Origin: Fimbriimonadales bacterium
Lineage (GTDB): Bacteria > Armatimonadota > Fimbriimonadia > Fimbriimonadales > ATM1
Reading direction: 5' to 3'
DNA: 64,000 nt
NCBI GenBank assembly: GCA_041744215.1
Contig: JBGTLG010000041.1
Location: 64,001 to 128,000, forward strand
Both the position numbers and the translations under genes were made by a program. Positions 39,756-51,208 of this stretch are shown in pieces. The notes beneath the pieces were generated by a model. The model saw nothing but the letters and a program-made list of their open reading frames with translations. It had not been told where the DNA came from and ran no database searches. The first letter of the stretch is position 1. The number at the start of each line of letters is the position of its first letter.

Positions 39756-41477
39756 CTATTTGTTCAAGTCTTCGGCGCGCTGAACGTCAAGCTTCATTGG
39801 AATCTTGACAGAGAACGTGGAGCCTTCGCCGATCTCCGATTCGGCCCACACCTCTCCCAAATGAATCTGTTCAACCAGGTGCTTGACCAGGAAGAGCCCG
39901 AGCCCGGTTCCGTAGATCTTCCGATTGTCTTCCGTATGGACGCGGTGGAATCGGTCAAAAACCTTCGGCAGGTGCTCTTTGGGGATTCCAATTCCCTGAT
40001 CGGAGATCGAGACAACTATATCGGATGGCTGCACTTCGATCTTGACCGTTATCTTTCCTCCGCCTGGAGAATACTTGACCGCGTTGCCGACGAGATTCGT
40101 GAGGATCTGATCGAGTTTGTCACTGTCAGCGATGATTTCGGGCACCGAAGGAGGTGCGTCGAGAACGATCTCATGCTTCGCCGTACCCTGTCGCTGGATC
40201 AACACGACCTTCTTCGCGAGTTGGAGAACGTCTACATTCTCATAGGTCGGCTTAAGGCTCTCACCAGCTTCTATCCGGGCGATGTTCAATAGGTCATTGA
40301 TGAGGCGGGTCAATCGGTCGCACTCGTGGTCGATAATCGTGTAGAACTCGCGCCGATCCTCCTCAGGAAACGTATCATCCATCAATAGAGTGCTGATGAA
40401 ACCCTTGATCGCCGTGAGGGGCGTGCGCAACTCGTGAGAGACGGTCGCGACGAACGCACTCTTCATGCGCTCGATGTTCTTGAGCTCGGTGACATCATTG
40501 AAAATGCCAACGGCGCCTATCAACCGCCCTTCTTCGCTCTTGACTTGCGCCGTCTGCACCTGGAAGATCCGCTCAGGCCGTCCCTCCGACTGGATCGACA
40601 TCTCGAGTGATTCAGAGTCCTTCCCCTCGACGCCGTTCCTTATCACCTGGGCAACCCTTGCATCGCGAACGACCGAGCTTAGATCGGATCCGATCACATC
40701 GGTGCCTACAGAAAAAATCGCCCTCGCGCTCCCGTTCATTTGCATGACGCGTCCATCAGCGCTAACAAGCACAATTCCTGCCGCAAGCGACTCCAGCGTG
40801 TGAAGAAGCTCTTCTTTTTCTTCGACGATCTCCTGATAGAGACGGAGGTTTGAGATGATGGACGCCGCGCTCTTCGCCATCCGTTCCAAAAGCCGAACGT
40901 CCTCGTCGTTGAAGTCTTCGCCATGGCGCTTGTTGAACGCGTGCAGCACGCCGATCGTCGTTCGATCAACAACACGGTTCTCTTCGTCCCGCTTTTCGAT
41001 TACGAGCGGTACGGTGACGCCATTCTGGACATGGAGGATGCCGAAGGGATCTCCAGCGGTGCGAACATCGCCGAGCGCATCATGAAAAATAGTCGGCCGC
41101 CCCTCGCGAAAGACCTCACCGGAAACACCTTGAGTCGCCCGAAGCCGCACCATGCCAAGCAAATCTTCATCAATACCGAAAGCTGGCGGGATGCCCATGA
41201 GCTCGCCGGTCTCACGATCATAAAACATCATCAAGACCTTTTCGGCCTGAAGAATCATGGCGATCCGCTGCACCAATCGACGCAGCGTACTGTCGAGTTC
41301 GCTGATTGGAGCGATGTCCTCAACTTCGCTCGCCGCACGTGCTGCCCCCTGGGATCTTTGCCGGAGACTTGCGATCGTCGCTTCGGCGTCTTGGAGCTTC
41401 TTACCGAGTTCCTCAATTTGTCGCCGAAGCGCAGCGTCTTCTGAGGGGGTGCCCCTTTCTTCCATGTGGGTATCCAT
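39756..41477 (-). CDS. Cytoplasmic GAF-PAS sensor histidine kinase
   Basis: N-terminal coiled coil, GAF (FNK...FNDED), PAS, SHELRTPL, NLVGNAVKY, DQGIG, GTGLGL; no TM helix. Start uncertain. Confidence 0.92.
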   Translation of the reverse strand: MDTHMEERGTPSEDAALRRQIEELGKKLQDAEATIASLRQRSQGAARAASEVEDIAPISELDSTLRRLVQRIAMILQAEKVLMMFYDRETGELMGIPPAFGIDEDLLGMVRLRATQGVSGEVFREGRPTIFHDALGDVRTAGDPFGILHVQNGVTVPLVIEKRDEENRVVDRTTIGVLHAFNKRHGEDFNDEDVRLLERMAKSAASIISNLRLYQEIVEEKEELLHTLESLAAGIVLVSADGRVMQMNGSARAIFSVGTDVIGSDLSSVVRDARVAQVIRNGVEGKDSESLEMSIQSEGRPERIFQVQTAQVKSEEGRLIGAVGIFNDVTELKNIERMKSAFVATVSHELRTPLTAIKGFISTLLMDDTFPEEDRREFYTIIDHECDRLTRLINDLLNIARIEAGESLKPTYENVDVLQLAKKVVLIQRQGTAKHEIVLDAPPSVPEIIADSDKLDQILTNLVGNAVKYSPGGGKITVKIEVQPSDIVVSISDQGIGIPKEHLPKVFDRFHRVHTEDNRKIYGTGLGLFLVKHLVEQIHLGEVWAESEIGEGSTFSVKIPMKLDVQRAEDLNK

Positions 41478-41618
41478 ACTCCAAATCATTGACGGCGGTA
41501 CGCCAAGGTGAACTGCGATTATACCGACCGCCCCCAGCCAATGCCCAAAAATCGACCTCCGGATGACGATTTCACGGACCCCAACCCGGTTCTGATATAC
41601 TCACCTTCAGTTCAGTTT

Positions 41619-42287
41619 ATGGGCCGAGACCTCGAAGAAATGCCGCTTTTTCCGCTCAATGCGGTGCTCTTGCCGTACCAGGCCATCCCCCTCCACGTTT
41701 TCGAGGACCGGTACCGAAGGATGATCCGGCGGTGCATCGCAGAGGATCGCTCCTTTGGGGTTGTGCTCATCCGACAGGGGGATGAGACAGGTGACCCGGA
41801 TGTAACCCCATACATGGTCGGTACCAGCGCCCGAATCCTCGAGCACTCGACCCTCCCCGATGGCAAGCTGCACCTGACCGCCGTGGGCGAGCGCCGCTTT
41901 CGGATCCGCCGCATCGAACGGGACGACGGTCACCTCGTTGGGCTTGTCGAGCCGATAATCGAGTTGGAATGGACCGACACTCCGGAGCACGACACGCTGA
42001 TTTCCCGGGCGAAGGACGCATTCCGCCTGCACATCAGCGCACTCTTTGGAGGGAAAGATGTCAACCTCAAAATTAGTTACACAGACGACCCTGTCGCGCT
42101 GTCATTCGCCATTGCGGGGTGCATCCACCTCTCCACACTCGAAAAACAGCGAATACTCGAGATTACGGACACGGCCGAGCGCATGAGAGAGATTGTCCCC
42201 CTGCTTGAGGCACAGGCCGTCGAGACGATGACCACCGCCCAGCGAACTGTCGAGGATGACTTCGAAGACTTCCTGTTCCCCAACTAG
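41619..42287 (+). CDS. Stand-alone Lon N-terminal (substrate-binding) domain protein
   Basis: MPLFPLNAVLLP, PLHVFEDRYRRM, FGVVLI, GERRFRI, EKQRILE. Confidence 0.88.
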   Translation: MGRDLEEMPLFPLNAVLLPYQAIPLHVFEDRYRRMIRRCIAEDRSFGVVLIRQGDETGDPDVTPYMVGTSARILEHSTLPDGKLHLTAVGERRFRIRRIERDDGHLVGLVEPIIELEWTDTPEHDTLISRAKDAFRLHISALFGGKDVNLKISYTDDPVALSFAIAGCIHLSTLEKQRILEITDTAERMREIVPLLEAQAVETMTTAQRTVEDDFEDFLFPN

Positions 42288-42314
42288 GATCCTTGCCCAA
42301 GACGTCCAATAGCT

Positions 42315-43583
42315 ATGATCCTCGCACTGGCAGCTATCTTCGCCCTGCAAACGACGCCACTTCAGTCGTTCATTGATAAAGTCGACGGACGCTACGGAGT
42401 GTCGGCGGGCCGACCGGAAACTGACGAAAGGGGCACTCTCCACTCGATACGGCTCGTCTCACAGGCGTGGCAGGGCACGACCTGGGCGCACGACATCGAG
42501 TTGATCGTTCCAAAGACCGACGACTTCCCAGACAAGACTCTGCTCTTCATCACCGGAGATCGTGGGTCAAGCGACCAGGATCGGACAGAAGCATGGAAAA
42601 TCGCCGAGCTCGGCAGGTTCTCAGTCGCGATTCTGTACGAGGCCCCAAATCAGCCGATTTTCGATCTAAGAGAAGACGATCTGATCGCATACACATTTGG
42701 GCAGTATCTTCGCACGGAAGACGACAGCTGGCCCCTCCTGTTTCCAATGGTGAAGTCGGCTGTAAAGGCGATGGACGCGATCGAGACGTACTCGGAAAGC
42801 AAACTGAGCAAAAAGATCGAGCGATTTGTCGTTACCGGAGCCAGCAAGAGGGCCTGGACGAGCTACCTCGTCGCAGCCTCGGACAAGCGCGTCATCGGAC
42901 TTGCGCCGATGGTTTTCGACTTCCTTGACTTCCCTCTGCAGCTGGAGCACCAGCGCAAGCTCTGGGGTGGATATAGCCCGATGATCGGCTCCTACACAGA
43001 ACGAGGGCTTCACGAGGTAGTTGAGTCGCCTCAAGGCCAGCGCCTGCTGGACAGAGTCGATCCAATACGGTACCGGGACAGGCTTACCATGCCGAAGCTA
43101 ATCATCTTGGGTGCCAACGACCCGTATTGGGCGATCAACGCGATCACCGTCTATTGGGATCGGCTGATGGGCGCTAAGGCGGTCATGTACGCCCCTAATG
43201 CTGGGCACAGTCTCAACGGAAACACCCGAGTTCACGGCAGTCTCGCGGTGTTTACCCGACTGGCAATGGCCGGCCGGCCATTGCCAAGCCTCACCTGGAA
43301 CTGGATGACAGCGATAGGGAGCGACACGACGACCCCTTCTCACGGCATCCTCACCCTTCGCGCTCCTGGCGCCGTCAAAACGAGGCTCTGGTCGGCAGAC
43401 TCTGCGAGCCGAAACTTCACCGAGTCGACGTGGAACATGACTGCCGAAGGCGGAACGGAATTCACGCCGAAACCGGCGTCCGGTCGATCCGGCTACCGCG
43501 CTGCGTTCGGGGAGGCCGAGTTTGAAATCGATGGGATTCGATGTTGGGTCTCCACTGTACCGATCATCCTCGCCGGCAGATAG
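42315..43583 (+). CDS. PqaA-type (PhoPQ-activated pathogenicity-related) secreted alpha/beta hydrolase
   Basis: Signal peptide, [40 protein letters not shown]. Confidence 0.82.
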   Translation: MILALAAIFALQTTPLQSFIDKVDGRYGVSAGRPETDERGTLHSIRLVSQAWQGTTWAHDIELIVPKTDDFPDKTLLFITGDRGSSDQDRTEAWKIAELGRFSVAILYEAPNQPIFDLREDDLIAYTFGQYLRTEDDSWPLLFPMVKSAVKAMDAIETYSESKLSKKIERFVVTGASKRAWTSYLVAASDKRVIGLAPMVFDFLDFPLQLEHQRKLWGGYSPMIGSYTERGLHEVVESPQGQRLLDRVDPIRYRDRLTMPKLIILGANDPYWAINAITVYWDRLMGAKAVMYAPNAGHSLNGNTRVHGSLAVFTRLAMAGRPLPSLTWNWMTAIGSDTTTPSHGILTLRAPGAVKTRLWSADSASRNFTESTWNMTAEGGTEFTPKPASGRSGYRAAFGEAEFEIDGIRCWVSTVPIILAGR

Positions 43584-43605
43584 ATCAAAATACGACCGTT
43601 CACTC

Positions 43606-44307
43606 ATGCATGCGCCATTGATCCGCCGTGCCGTCGTGCTCCTCAGCGGCGGGCTTGACTCGGCCACCACGCTCGCAATAGCGAAGTCGCAAAATCGTGA
43701 TTGCTATGCACTTTCGTTCAACTATGGGCAGCGTCACAGATTCGAACTCGATTGCGCAAAACACCTGGCAGAAGCGTTCAACGTGCGCGATCACGTGATC
43801 GTTGACGTGGATCTTCGCAAGTTCGGCGGATCAGCGCTAACGTCCGACACTCCTGTTCCGAGGAGCAATGCACGTAAGGGAGCACGCGAGATTCCGAAAA
43901 CGTACGTCCCTGCACGCAACACCATTTTTCTTTCGTTATCGCTTGCCTATGCCGAAGTAGCTGAAGCGCGGGACATCTTCATCGGTGTCAACGCACTCGA
44001 CTACAGCGGATACCCCGATTGTCGCCCTGAGTATCTGGACGCATTCCAGAAGATGGCTGCACTTGCGACAAAGTCTGGCGTCGAAGGAAATCCAGTAACA
44101 GTTTGCGCTCCGTTGGTGCGTATGTCTAAAGCTGAGATCATTCGGAGAGGAATGGAACTTGGTGTCAATTTCGCGATGACTTCCAGTTGCTACCTTGCTG
44201 ATGGTGAAGGACGCGCATGTGGAGAGTGCGACGCGTGCGCGATTCGCAAGCAAGGATTTGCGGATGCGGGTCTCGAGGATCCGATTCTATACGTAGGTGC
44301 AAAATGA
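43606..44307 (+). CDS. queC: 7-cyano-7-deazaguanine synthase
   Basis: [37 protein letters not shown]. Confidence 0.96.
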   Translation: MHAPLIRRAVVLLSGGLDSATTLAIAKSQNRDCYALSFNYGQRHRFELDCAKHLAEAFNVRDHVIVDVDLRKFGGSALTSDTPVPRSNARKGAREIPKTYVPARNTIFLSLSLAYAEVAEARDIFIGVNALDYSGYPDCRPEYLDAFQKMAALATKSGVEGNPVTVCAPLVRMSKAEIIRRGMELGVNFAMTSSCYLADGEGRACGECDACAIRKQGFADAGLEDPILYVGAK

Positions 44308-44939
44308 GTAAAACCTACTCGGTCAAGGAGATCTTTTACACTCTCCAGGGAGAAGGAGGTCAGTCGGGACGGGCAGCGGTTTTCTGCCGATTTTCGGGTT
44401 GTAACTTATGGTCAGGTCGTGAGGAAGATCGCGAAGTTGCCATATGTGATTTCTGTGATACTGACTTTGTCGGGATCGACGGAGATGGCGGCGGCAGATT
44501 TGCGAATGCAATGGATTTGACCGAGGCGATCCGAATCAAATGGCCGAGTGGTGGGAGCCCGCTGGTTGTCTTCACCGGTGGCGAACCCCTGCTTCAGCTC
44601 GATTCCGCCCTAATCGATATGTGCCACGAGCAAGGTTTCGAAGTCGCAGTCGAGACAAACGGAACAATCTCTGCGCCAAAAGAGATTGACTGGCTGACGG
44701 TTAGCCCTAAAGCCGGGGCAGATTTGGTGCAACGCAGAGGAACCGAGTTGAAGCTGGTCTTCCCTCAAGAAGGCGCACAACCGCATTTGTTCGAAGAACT
44801 AGAGTTTGAACACTTCTTCTTACAACCGATGGATGGTCCGAATGTGGACGAAAACACCAGACTTGCAACGCAGTATTGTTTAGCGAACCCACTCTGGAAA
44901 CTTAGTCTTCAAACTCATAAGCTACTCGGCCTCCGTTAG
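44304..44939 (+). CDS. queE: 7-carboxy-7-deazaguanine synthase (CX14CX2C type)
   Basis: [47 protein letters not shown]. Confidence 0.95.
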   Translation: MSKTYSVKEIFYTLQGEGGQSGRAAVFCRFSGCNLWSGREEDREVAICDFCDTDFVGIDGDGGGRFANAMDLTEAIRIKWPSGGSPLVVFTGGEPLLQLDSALIDMCHEQGFEVAVETNGTISAPKEIDWLTVSPKAGADLVQRRGTELKLVFPQEGAQPHLFEELEFEHFFLQPMDGPNVDENTRLATQYCLANPLWKLSLQTHKLLGLR

Positions 44940-46258
44940 GCTTCCGTGAGATACTCTCTGATGCTCGTGCTTCTCGCGATTGTTTCACAATCTGCACTGA
45001 GCTGCTGGGCGAGATTACCAAGAAGTGTTGCTTCCTTCGGGCCTGCAACAACCTTCTTCTGTGTCTCGGCTGCGAGGACGTTGCAGAACAGCTCGCTTTC
45101 GATCGGTCCACCTGAAACGCGAATCTCATCGAATGATTGGCCGACAAGTGCCTCGAGAATCTTTAGCTGCTGGGCATTCGATCGTGCAATGCTGACGACC
45201 GCGATTCCGATCCACTCAGCTTCGGAATCGGGCGCCCTGCCAAGAGACTTGCAAACCGCAGCAACCATACTTGGTGGATTGAAAAAGCGCTCGTCGCGCA
45301 GGTTCACCGAGTCAACATCCAATCGGGCGGTTCGAATCCAATCTGGAATTGATCCTTGAATGCGCAGCTCATCGTAAAGCCGATTCACGATGTAAAAACC
45401 GGCGACGTTTGTCAAGAACCGCACACGTCCATCCACGGCTCGCTCGTTTGAGAACCCCCCAATCTCTGCCTCGCGAGATAGGAGCGGTCGATCCAACAAA
45501 CAGCCAAGCAGCGACCATGTTCCCAAACTGATAAACGCTTGCTTGCGGCTCAGCTCACCCATCCCATGCACGGCGCAAGCTGTATCGTGCCCAGCTATAT
45601 GCACAAACTCGAGCGCAGAGTGGGCGATGCTAAATCGTTGGCCCGGAGCACGCGGCGCCTTCTTTGGGACTGGAACTTTCGCAATCTCGAATGCTCGGCC
45701 ACACCAGTCATGTCCGTCAGCGCTCAACAACTGAGAAGTCGACGCCATCGTCCACTCATTCTCCAACGGGGCACCAATAGTCCGGGCGAGCCAAGAAGGC
45801 AAGAACACCCAATCGCGACTGACGTCGTCTCCCCTCTCCCTTCGAGCTGCAAGTTGATAAATGGTATTGAACGGTTGATGTTGTATGCCGGTTTGCTGAA
45901 ACAGCTCCGATCGATGTTCTTCGAGTTCGGAGAACACTTCAAGGTGCTTAGAATCGCGATAGCTGACAACCGGAGGATCAGGGAGGCCAAACTCGTCAAG
46001 GAATCCAAAATCGACACCCCACGTATCGATGCCCAACGTGCACTTAGTAAAAGCGTTTGTTCCGTATTCGACCGCGCTTTCACAAAACTCCGTAAGCGCT
46101 GCAATGTCCCAAACCTCTCGGCCGTCTGCCAGGATCGGCCTGTGCTCAATCCGTTTGATTACTTCGAACTGAATCGAGCCGTCTTCTAGCCAACCCGCGG
46201 CGAACCGAGCGCTGGTCGCGCCCAGATCGACTGCAATCGCGCCAGTCGCTCTCTTCAT
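44936..46258 (-). CDS. FGGY-family sugar kinase (rhamnulokinase-like)
   Basis: AVDLGATS, GIDTWGVD, YRD, FNTIYQL, HDTA, GTWSLLG, GPKEATLLGN. Confidence 0.85.
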   Translation of the reverse strand: MKRATGAIAVDLGATSARFAAGWLEDGSIQFEVIKRIEHRPILADGREVWDIAALTEFCESAVEYGTNAFTKCTLGIDTWGVDFGFLDEFGLPDPPVVSYRDSKHLEVFSELEEHRSELFQQTGIQHQPFNTIYQLAARRERGDDVSRDWVFLPSWLARTIGAPLENEWTMASTSQLLSADGHDWCGRAFEIAKVPVPKKAPRAPGQRFSIAHSALEFVHIAGHDTACAVHGMGELSRKQAFISLGTWSLLGCLLDRPLLSREAEIGGFSNERAVDGRVRFLTNVAGFYIVNRLYDELRIQGSIPDWIRTARLDVDSVNLRDERFFNPPSMVAAVCKSLGRAPDSEAEWIGIAVVSIARSNAQQLKILEALVGQSFDEIRVSGGPIESELFCNVLAAETQKKVVAGPKEATLLGNLAQQLSADCETIARSTSIREYLTEA

Positions 46259-47529
46259 TTTCCTTGTGCCATAGCGTCGTGTGCTGCAGTGTCGCCAGCT
46301 ACATAGCCAGTAGAGAATGCAGCCTGCAGATTGTATCCTCCTACCGGGCCCGCGATATCCAGTGCCTCACCGCAAAGATAGAGCCCGCGCACGATCGTTG
46401 ATCTCATTGACTTTTGATCAACCTCATCCAAAGCCACCCCACCAGCTACGCACTCGCCCTTCTCCAACGGCACACTTCGTACGTCGCCAAGAGTCCAGCC
46501 TTTGATCAACTCCACAATCCTGCTTCGCTCCTTTCGGCTTAGCGAGGCCAAGCTGCGAACCGGGTCGAGGGAGATGCTATCTAGCGCGCTCCGGACCAAC
46601 GCTTCGGGCATCAACTCAGCAATAAACGTACCAATTGAGCGCCTCGGATGTAGCGTCGAATACTCTACTAGTCGCTCCGTCGTTTGTTCAAAAGATGAGT
46701 CGGGCAAGATGTCAACTTCGAGCGATATCGGACCAAGCATCGCTCGCTCCGCCACGTCGCGACTGATCCCCAGAACTGTCGGCCCGGAGACACCGCGGTG
46801 CGTAAACAACACGTCGCCGCGCCATCTTGCGATCTCTTTGCCAGTTTGTCGCGCCTTCAATAGACAATCTCTGATAGCGACACCTGCGCGCGCCTCCATG
46901 CCGTCAACTCCAAGGTAGATTGGCGCAAGCGCCGCTCGAATTGGCACGATCGAGTGACCAAGACGCTTTACCCAGCCCCACGCATCGCCGGTTGTTCCAG
47001 ACTTTGGGTACGAACTGCCGCCAGTCGCCACAATCACCCGGTTGCAGTTAAGGACTCCCGTTTCAAGCACAACTCCCGCAACAAACCCATCTGTTGCGCT
47101 GATACCACGTACACGAGTGCGCATCTCTACTTTGACTTTCGCTTCATGAAGTAAGTCCGACAGTATACGCATCACGTCCTTCGCCGTACCTCCCGACGGA
47201 AAAATGCGATTGTCTGGGCGAGTGTAGACTTTCAGGCCTCGAGAAGTCAGCATGCCGACGATTTCCGCATTTGTAAACCGATAGAACGAGGGACGCAGAA
47301 ATGCTGCCTCGTTTTTTCGGAACGCTCGCAGCACCTCCTCAATCTCACCGTCGTGAGTGATGTTGCACTTGCCTCCCCCCGATATGAGAATCTTTGTGCC
47401 AAGGCGCTCTGTTTTCTCTAACAGGACTGTCTTGGCACCTATGCTCGCCGCACGCCAAGCGGCGATGATTCCGGCAGCCCCGCCGCCGACAACAACTACA
47501 TCCGGAGCACTCTTCGAGCCTATCTGCAA
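46255..47529 (-). CDS. HI0933/BaiN-family FAD oxidoreductase
   Basis: GGGAAG, KILISGGGKCNITH, ATGGSSYP, LFTHRGVSGP, GGYNLQAAFSTG. Confidence 0.9.
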   Translation of the reverse strand: MQIGSKSAPDVVVVGGGAAGIIAAWRAASIGAKTVLLEKTERLGTKILISGGGKCNITHDGEIEEVLRAFRKNEAAFLRPSFYRFTNAEIVGMLTSRGLKVYTRPDNRIFPSGGTAKDVMRILSDLLHEAKVKVEMRTRVRGISATDGFVAGVVLETGVLNCNRVIVATGGSSYPKSGTTGDAWGWVKRLGHSIVPIRAALAPIYLGVDGMEARAGVAIRDCLLKARQTGKEIARWRGDVLFTHRGVSGPTVLGISRDVAERAMLGPISLEVDILPDSSFEQTTERLVEYSTLHPRRSIGTFIAELMPEALVRSALDSISLDPVRSLASLSRKERSRIVELIKGWTLGDVRSVPLEKGECVAGGVALDEVDQKSMRSTIVRGLYLCGEALDIAGPVGGYNLQAAFSTGYVAGDTAAHDAMAQGK

Positions 47530-47570
47530 AGTGGCCTCCGCGGCGACAGTCGTCGGGCCCTTATGTAGAC

Positions 47571-47885
47571 TTACCAGCCGTCCACAGTAAAGTACCGACT
47601 AACAAAGTCACTCATGCCAAAGACGAACATGATCAACAAGAAGAACAGTCCAGCTGCGGCCCAAATCTGCGCAAGCCGGGTCGAGTTTTTTAGGTTCATG
47701 AAATACAAGATAACCAACCCCGCCTTCGTGCAAGCAATGAATATAGCAAGAAGGATGTTTAGGTCTATGCCCCACAGCTTGAAGTGCCAATTCAGCGCAG
47801 AGTAGACCGTAAACGCTGTCAGCCCAAGGAGTAACGCGAAGACTCCTAAGTACGTTTTCACATCAGGCATGTTATGTCCAGACAT
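47571..47885 (-). CDS. coxD: Cytochrome c oxidase subunit IV
   Basis: 3 TM helices, KAGLVILYFMNL; last gene of the cox block. Confidence 0.85.
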   Translation of the reverse strand: MSGHNMPDVKTYLGVFALLLGLTAFTVYSALNWHFKLWGIDLNILLAIFIACTKAGLVILYFMNLKNSTRLAQIWAAAGLFFLLIMFVFGMSDFVSRYFTVDGW

Positions 47886-47898
47886 TGATGAAACCTCT

Positions 47899-48564
47899 CT
47901 ACCCTACCAAGTACAACATTGGGAACAGGAAAATCCAAACCAGGTCTACGAAGTGCCAGTAGAGGCCGGCGAGCTCAATCGGAATGTAGTCCGTCACCTG
48001 ATTGCGCATGCGATACACACGCACCGCAAGCCACGCCATGATCAAGATTCCAATGAGCACGTGTAAGCCGTGCAGCCCGGTCATCACGAAATACAAGCCG
48101 AAGAAGATTTGCGCGCCTCCGGCATCGACGCCTTCTACGTTGAACTGGAAGTCTCCGCCAGGCCAAAGATGATGTTCGAACTTCGAGCTGTACTCGACGT
48201 ACTTCACGGCCATAAACCCAAACGCAAGCACGCAAGTGGCGATCAGCCAACCGATCGTCGCTCGCCACCGATTCATAATCGAGGCGCGCACTCCGAGCGC
48301 CATCGTCAATGAGCTTGTGAGCAGGATCGTGGTGTTGAGCGCGCCCAGCGTCCAATCCAACTTGTGGTGGGCCGCCACGAACGCGTCGAGATACATGTGG
48401 CGATAGACGATGAACGCAGTAAACAGCCCCCCAAAGAACAGGAGCTCCTGAGCCAAGAACACCCACATGCCGAGGGAGTAGGACTTGAACTGCTGGTCCT
48501 CATCCTCAAACTGGTGTGCGACTGGGAGGTGCGTGTCGCTGACGTGAGCGTCAGACATGCTCAT
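47899..48564 (-). CDS. coxC: Cytochrome c oxidase subunit III (short form)
   Basis: [41 protein letters not shown]. Confidence 0.93.
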   Translation of the reverse strand: MSMSDAHVSDTHLPVAHQFEDEDQQFKSYSLGMWVFLAQELLFFGGLFTAFIVYRHMYLDAFVAAHHKLDWTLGALNTTILLTSSLTMALGVRASIMNRWRATIGWLIATCVLAFGFMAVKYVEYSSKFEHHLWPGGDFQFNVEGVDAGGAQIFFGLYFVMTGLHGLHVLIGILIMAWLAVRVYRMRNQVTDYIPIELAGLYWHFVDLVWIFLFPMLYLVG

Positions 48565-50194
48565 ACTCCTTTTCCTCTTCGCGCAGCTCTGGCGTGTAGT
48601 GATACGCCTCCTCTGTCACAACCGGCTTGGTAGCAAAATTCTCTGTGGGAGGCGGCGATGGCGTCTGCCATTCCAGACCTTTCGCACCCCAGGGGTTGGC
48701 GGAAGCCTTGTCGCCGTACCACAGCGACCAAATCAGGTAGCCGATGGTCAAGATAAAGCCCGAAGCAAGGATGGATGCGCCCGCGGAAGACAAGACGTGC
48801 AAGACTTGCCACTCTTCCGGATAGCTGTGATATCTGCGCGGCATGCCCATGTATCCAAGAATAAACTGAGGCATAAACGTCAGGTTAAAGCCGATGAAAG
48901 TCACGAGCGCGGACAGCTTGCCCATTCCCTCTGGATACATGCGGCCAGTCATTTTCGGCCACCAGAAGTGGATGCCCGCAAGGAATGCGATGATTTGGCC
49001 GCCGACCATCACATAGTGGAAGTGGGCCACTACGAAATAGGTGTCGTGGAGGTGAATGTCCATCGCCATCGAGGCCAAGAAGAGTCCAGTGAGTCCTCCT
49101 ATTGTAAACAGGCCCATGAAAGACAATGCAAACAGCATTGGCGCTGCCAAATGGATGGAGCCCTTGTACAGCGTCGCCGTCCAATTGAAGATCTTGATCG
49201 CAGAAGGGATGGCGACGAGGAAGGTAATCACAGAGAACACCATTCCCGCATACATTGACTGACCGCTTACGAACATATGGTGGCCCCAGACGAAGAAGCC
49301 AAGGACAGCGATAGCCAAGCTGGAGTACGCAACAAAGTCGTAGCCAAAAATCCGTCGGCGCGCGAAGCAAGCGATCACTTCGCTGATGACTCCCATGCCC
49401 GGCAAGATCATGATGTAGACCGCAGGGTGAGAATAGAACCAAAACAGATGTTGGAAGAGCACCGGATCGCCGCCCAAGTTCGGGTCAAAAATCCCGATCT
49501 TTGCGACTCGCTCCACTCCGACAAGGAACAGCGTGATAGCGATTACTGGCGTTCCCAAGACCTGAATGAGACTCGTGGCGTAGTGCGCCCAAACGAAGAG
49601 AGGTAAACGCGACCACGTTAATCCTGGCGCGCGCATCATGTGAATGGTCACGATAAAGTTCACGCCAGTCATGATCGACGAGAACCCCGCAACAAAAGCT
49701 GCGGAAACGGCCAGAACCACAGCGCCATGTGCAAAGGTTGAGCTTAGCGGCGTGTAAAACGTCCAGCCAGTATCGACGCCTCCCGATACCAGCGCAATCG
49801 TGCCGAGGACCGCGCCAGCCATGAAGACGTACCAACTGAGCAAGTTAAGCCGAGGGAACGCAACGTCCTTTGCGCCTAACATCAGTGGCAGCAAGAAGTT
49901 GCCGAGCACGGCTGGGATCGACGGTATCAAGAAGAAGAAGATCAACGTGACGCCGTGCATCGTAAACGTCTTGTTGTAAGTGTCCGACAACAGGAAGTCG
50001 CCTTGGGGCGTCAATAGTTCATAACGAATCAGCAACGCCATCGACCCACCGATGAGGAAGAAGATCAGGATCGCGATGAGATACAACAGCCCAATTCGCT
50101 TGTGGTCAAGCGTTATCAACCACGACTTAAGGCTGTAGTCGCAGTTGAGGTAATTCACCGATCCTCGCTGCTCAATTGAAGTAGTTGCGCTCAT
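48551..50194 (-). CDS. coxA: Cytochrome c oxidase subunit I, type A2
   Basis: [19 protein letters not shown] (YS motif), WGHHM, VVAHFHY, GMPRRY. Confidence 0.97.
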   Translation of the reverse strand: MSATTSIEQRGSVNYLNCDYSLKSWLITLDHKRIGLLYLIAILIFFLIGGSMALLIRYELLTPQGDFLLSDTYNKTFTMHGVTLIFFFLIPSIPAVLGNFLLPLMLGAKDVAFPRLNLLSWYVFMAGAVLGTIALVSGGVDTGWTFYTPLSSTFAHGAVVLAVSAAFVAGFSSIMTGVNFIVTIHMMRAPGLTWSRLPLFVWAHYATSLIQVLGTPVIAITLFLVGVERVAKIGIFDPNLGGDPVLFQHLFWFYSHPAVYIMILPGMGVISEVIACFARRRIFGYDFVAYSSLAIAVLGFFVWGHHMFVSGQSMYAGMVFSVITFLVAIPSAIKIFNWTATLYKGSIHLAAPMLFALSFMGLFTIGGLTGLFLASMAMDIHLHDTYFVVAHFHYVMVGGQIIAFLAGIHFWWPKMTGRMYPEGMGKLSALVTFIGFNLTFMPQFILGYMGMPRRYHSYPEEWQVLHVLSSAGASILASGFILTIGYLIWSLWYGDKASANPWGAKGLEWQTPSPPPTENFATKPVVTEEAYHYTPELREEEKEYEHV

Positions 50195-50197
50195 GGA

Positions 50198-51196
50198 TTA
50201 TCCTTCAGCCTCATCAGAAAGTGGCGGGGTCGATGCGGTAGGCAATTCTTTCAGAGATCGAATGTAAGCGATCAGCTGAAGAATTTGCTGTTCGTCGATT
50301 GTTGGGTAAGGCGGCATTCCGTCTTTGTCCTCCCACCCCGAAAGAATCATCTTTTGCGGCTCACGTATCGAATCGCGGATGTAGCCTTCATCCGCAGTCA
50401 CGAACCGGCCATCGGATAGGGCTCGCTGCGTGCCAAACATCCCCGCCAGCGGAGGACCACTCGTCGATCCAGGCGAGTGACAGCCACTGCACTCCAGTCT
50501 AGTGAACAGCTTTGCGCCCTGCTCAGCGAGTGACTCCGTGCGCTGTGCGGCACGGATCCCCCACTGCGTTTCTTCGAGCCAAGTCTCATAACCTTCTTCT
50601 GAAAGAACGGTAACCGTGCCGATCATCTCAGCGTGTTTTGTGCCGCAATACTCGGCGCAGAAGAGATGATAGGTTCCCGTCTTTGTGGCCTCAAACCAGA
50701 GCGTTGTGTATCTGCCAGGCAACACATCTTGCTTGACTCTAAACGCGGGCACATAGAAGCTGTGTAGAACATCCTGCGATATCATCGTAAGCTTCACGGG
50801 TCGACCCACAGGAATATGCAGGGTGTTGTTCTCACGCTGGCCCGTCGGGTGCTGCAAGTGCCACATCCATTGCTTCCCAATGACGATGATTTCGAGCGCG
50901 TCCCGCGAAGGAATCGGCTTTTGCATCTCGATAAACAGCTTTGCTGACCATCCGAAAACTACGAGCGACATCAGAAGAGGAATCACGGACCACGTTAGCT
51001 CAAGCGGCATGTTGTGACTCGGCGGGCGACTACGATCTGCCTTTGATCCAGCTCGATACTTGACGATGAAGTACAAGATCGCCGCGAACACGCCAATCGA
51101 AAAGAAAACGGTGAGCGCGGTCAGCACGTAGTAAATCAGATCTACTTCAGGTGCGACTTTTGACGCCTGCTCGGGGAAGAAGGGAATGCCTTTCAT
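50198..51196 (-). CDS. coxB: Cytochrome c oxidase subunit II with fused cytochrome c (caa3 type)
   Basis: DVLHSF, CAEYCGTKHAEM (CuA site), C-terminal CSGCH...MP. Confidence 0.95.
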   Translation of the reverse strand: MKGIPFFPEQASKVAPEVDLIYYVLTALTVFFSIGVFAAILYFIVKYRAGSKADRSRPPSHNMPLELTWSVIPLLMSLVVFGWSAKLFIEMQKPIPSRDALEIIVIGKQWMWHLQHPTGQRENNTLHIPVGRPVKLTMISQDVLHSFYVPAFRVKQDVLPGRYTTLWFEATKTGTYHLFCAEYCGTKHAEMIGTVTVLSEEGYETWLEETQWGIRAAQRTESLAEQGAKLFTRLECSGCHSPGSTSGPPLAGMFGTQRALSDGRFVTADEGYIRDSIREPQKMILSGWEDKDGMPPYPTIDEQQILQLIAYIRSLKELPTASTPPLSDEAEG

Positions 51197-51208
51197 TGGA
51201 TCGACACC

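Noticed and set aside
43606-44939. queC/queE as a Dpd or Qat defence / DNA-modification system
   Set aside because: No dpdA, qat or phage-related neighbours, and the sequences look housekeeping.
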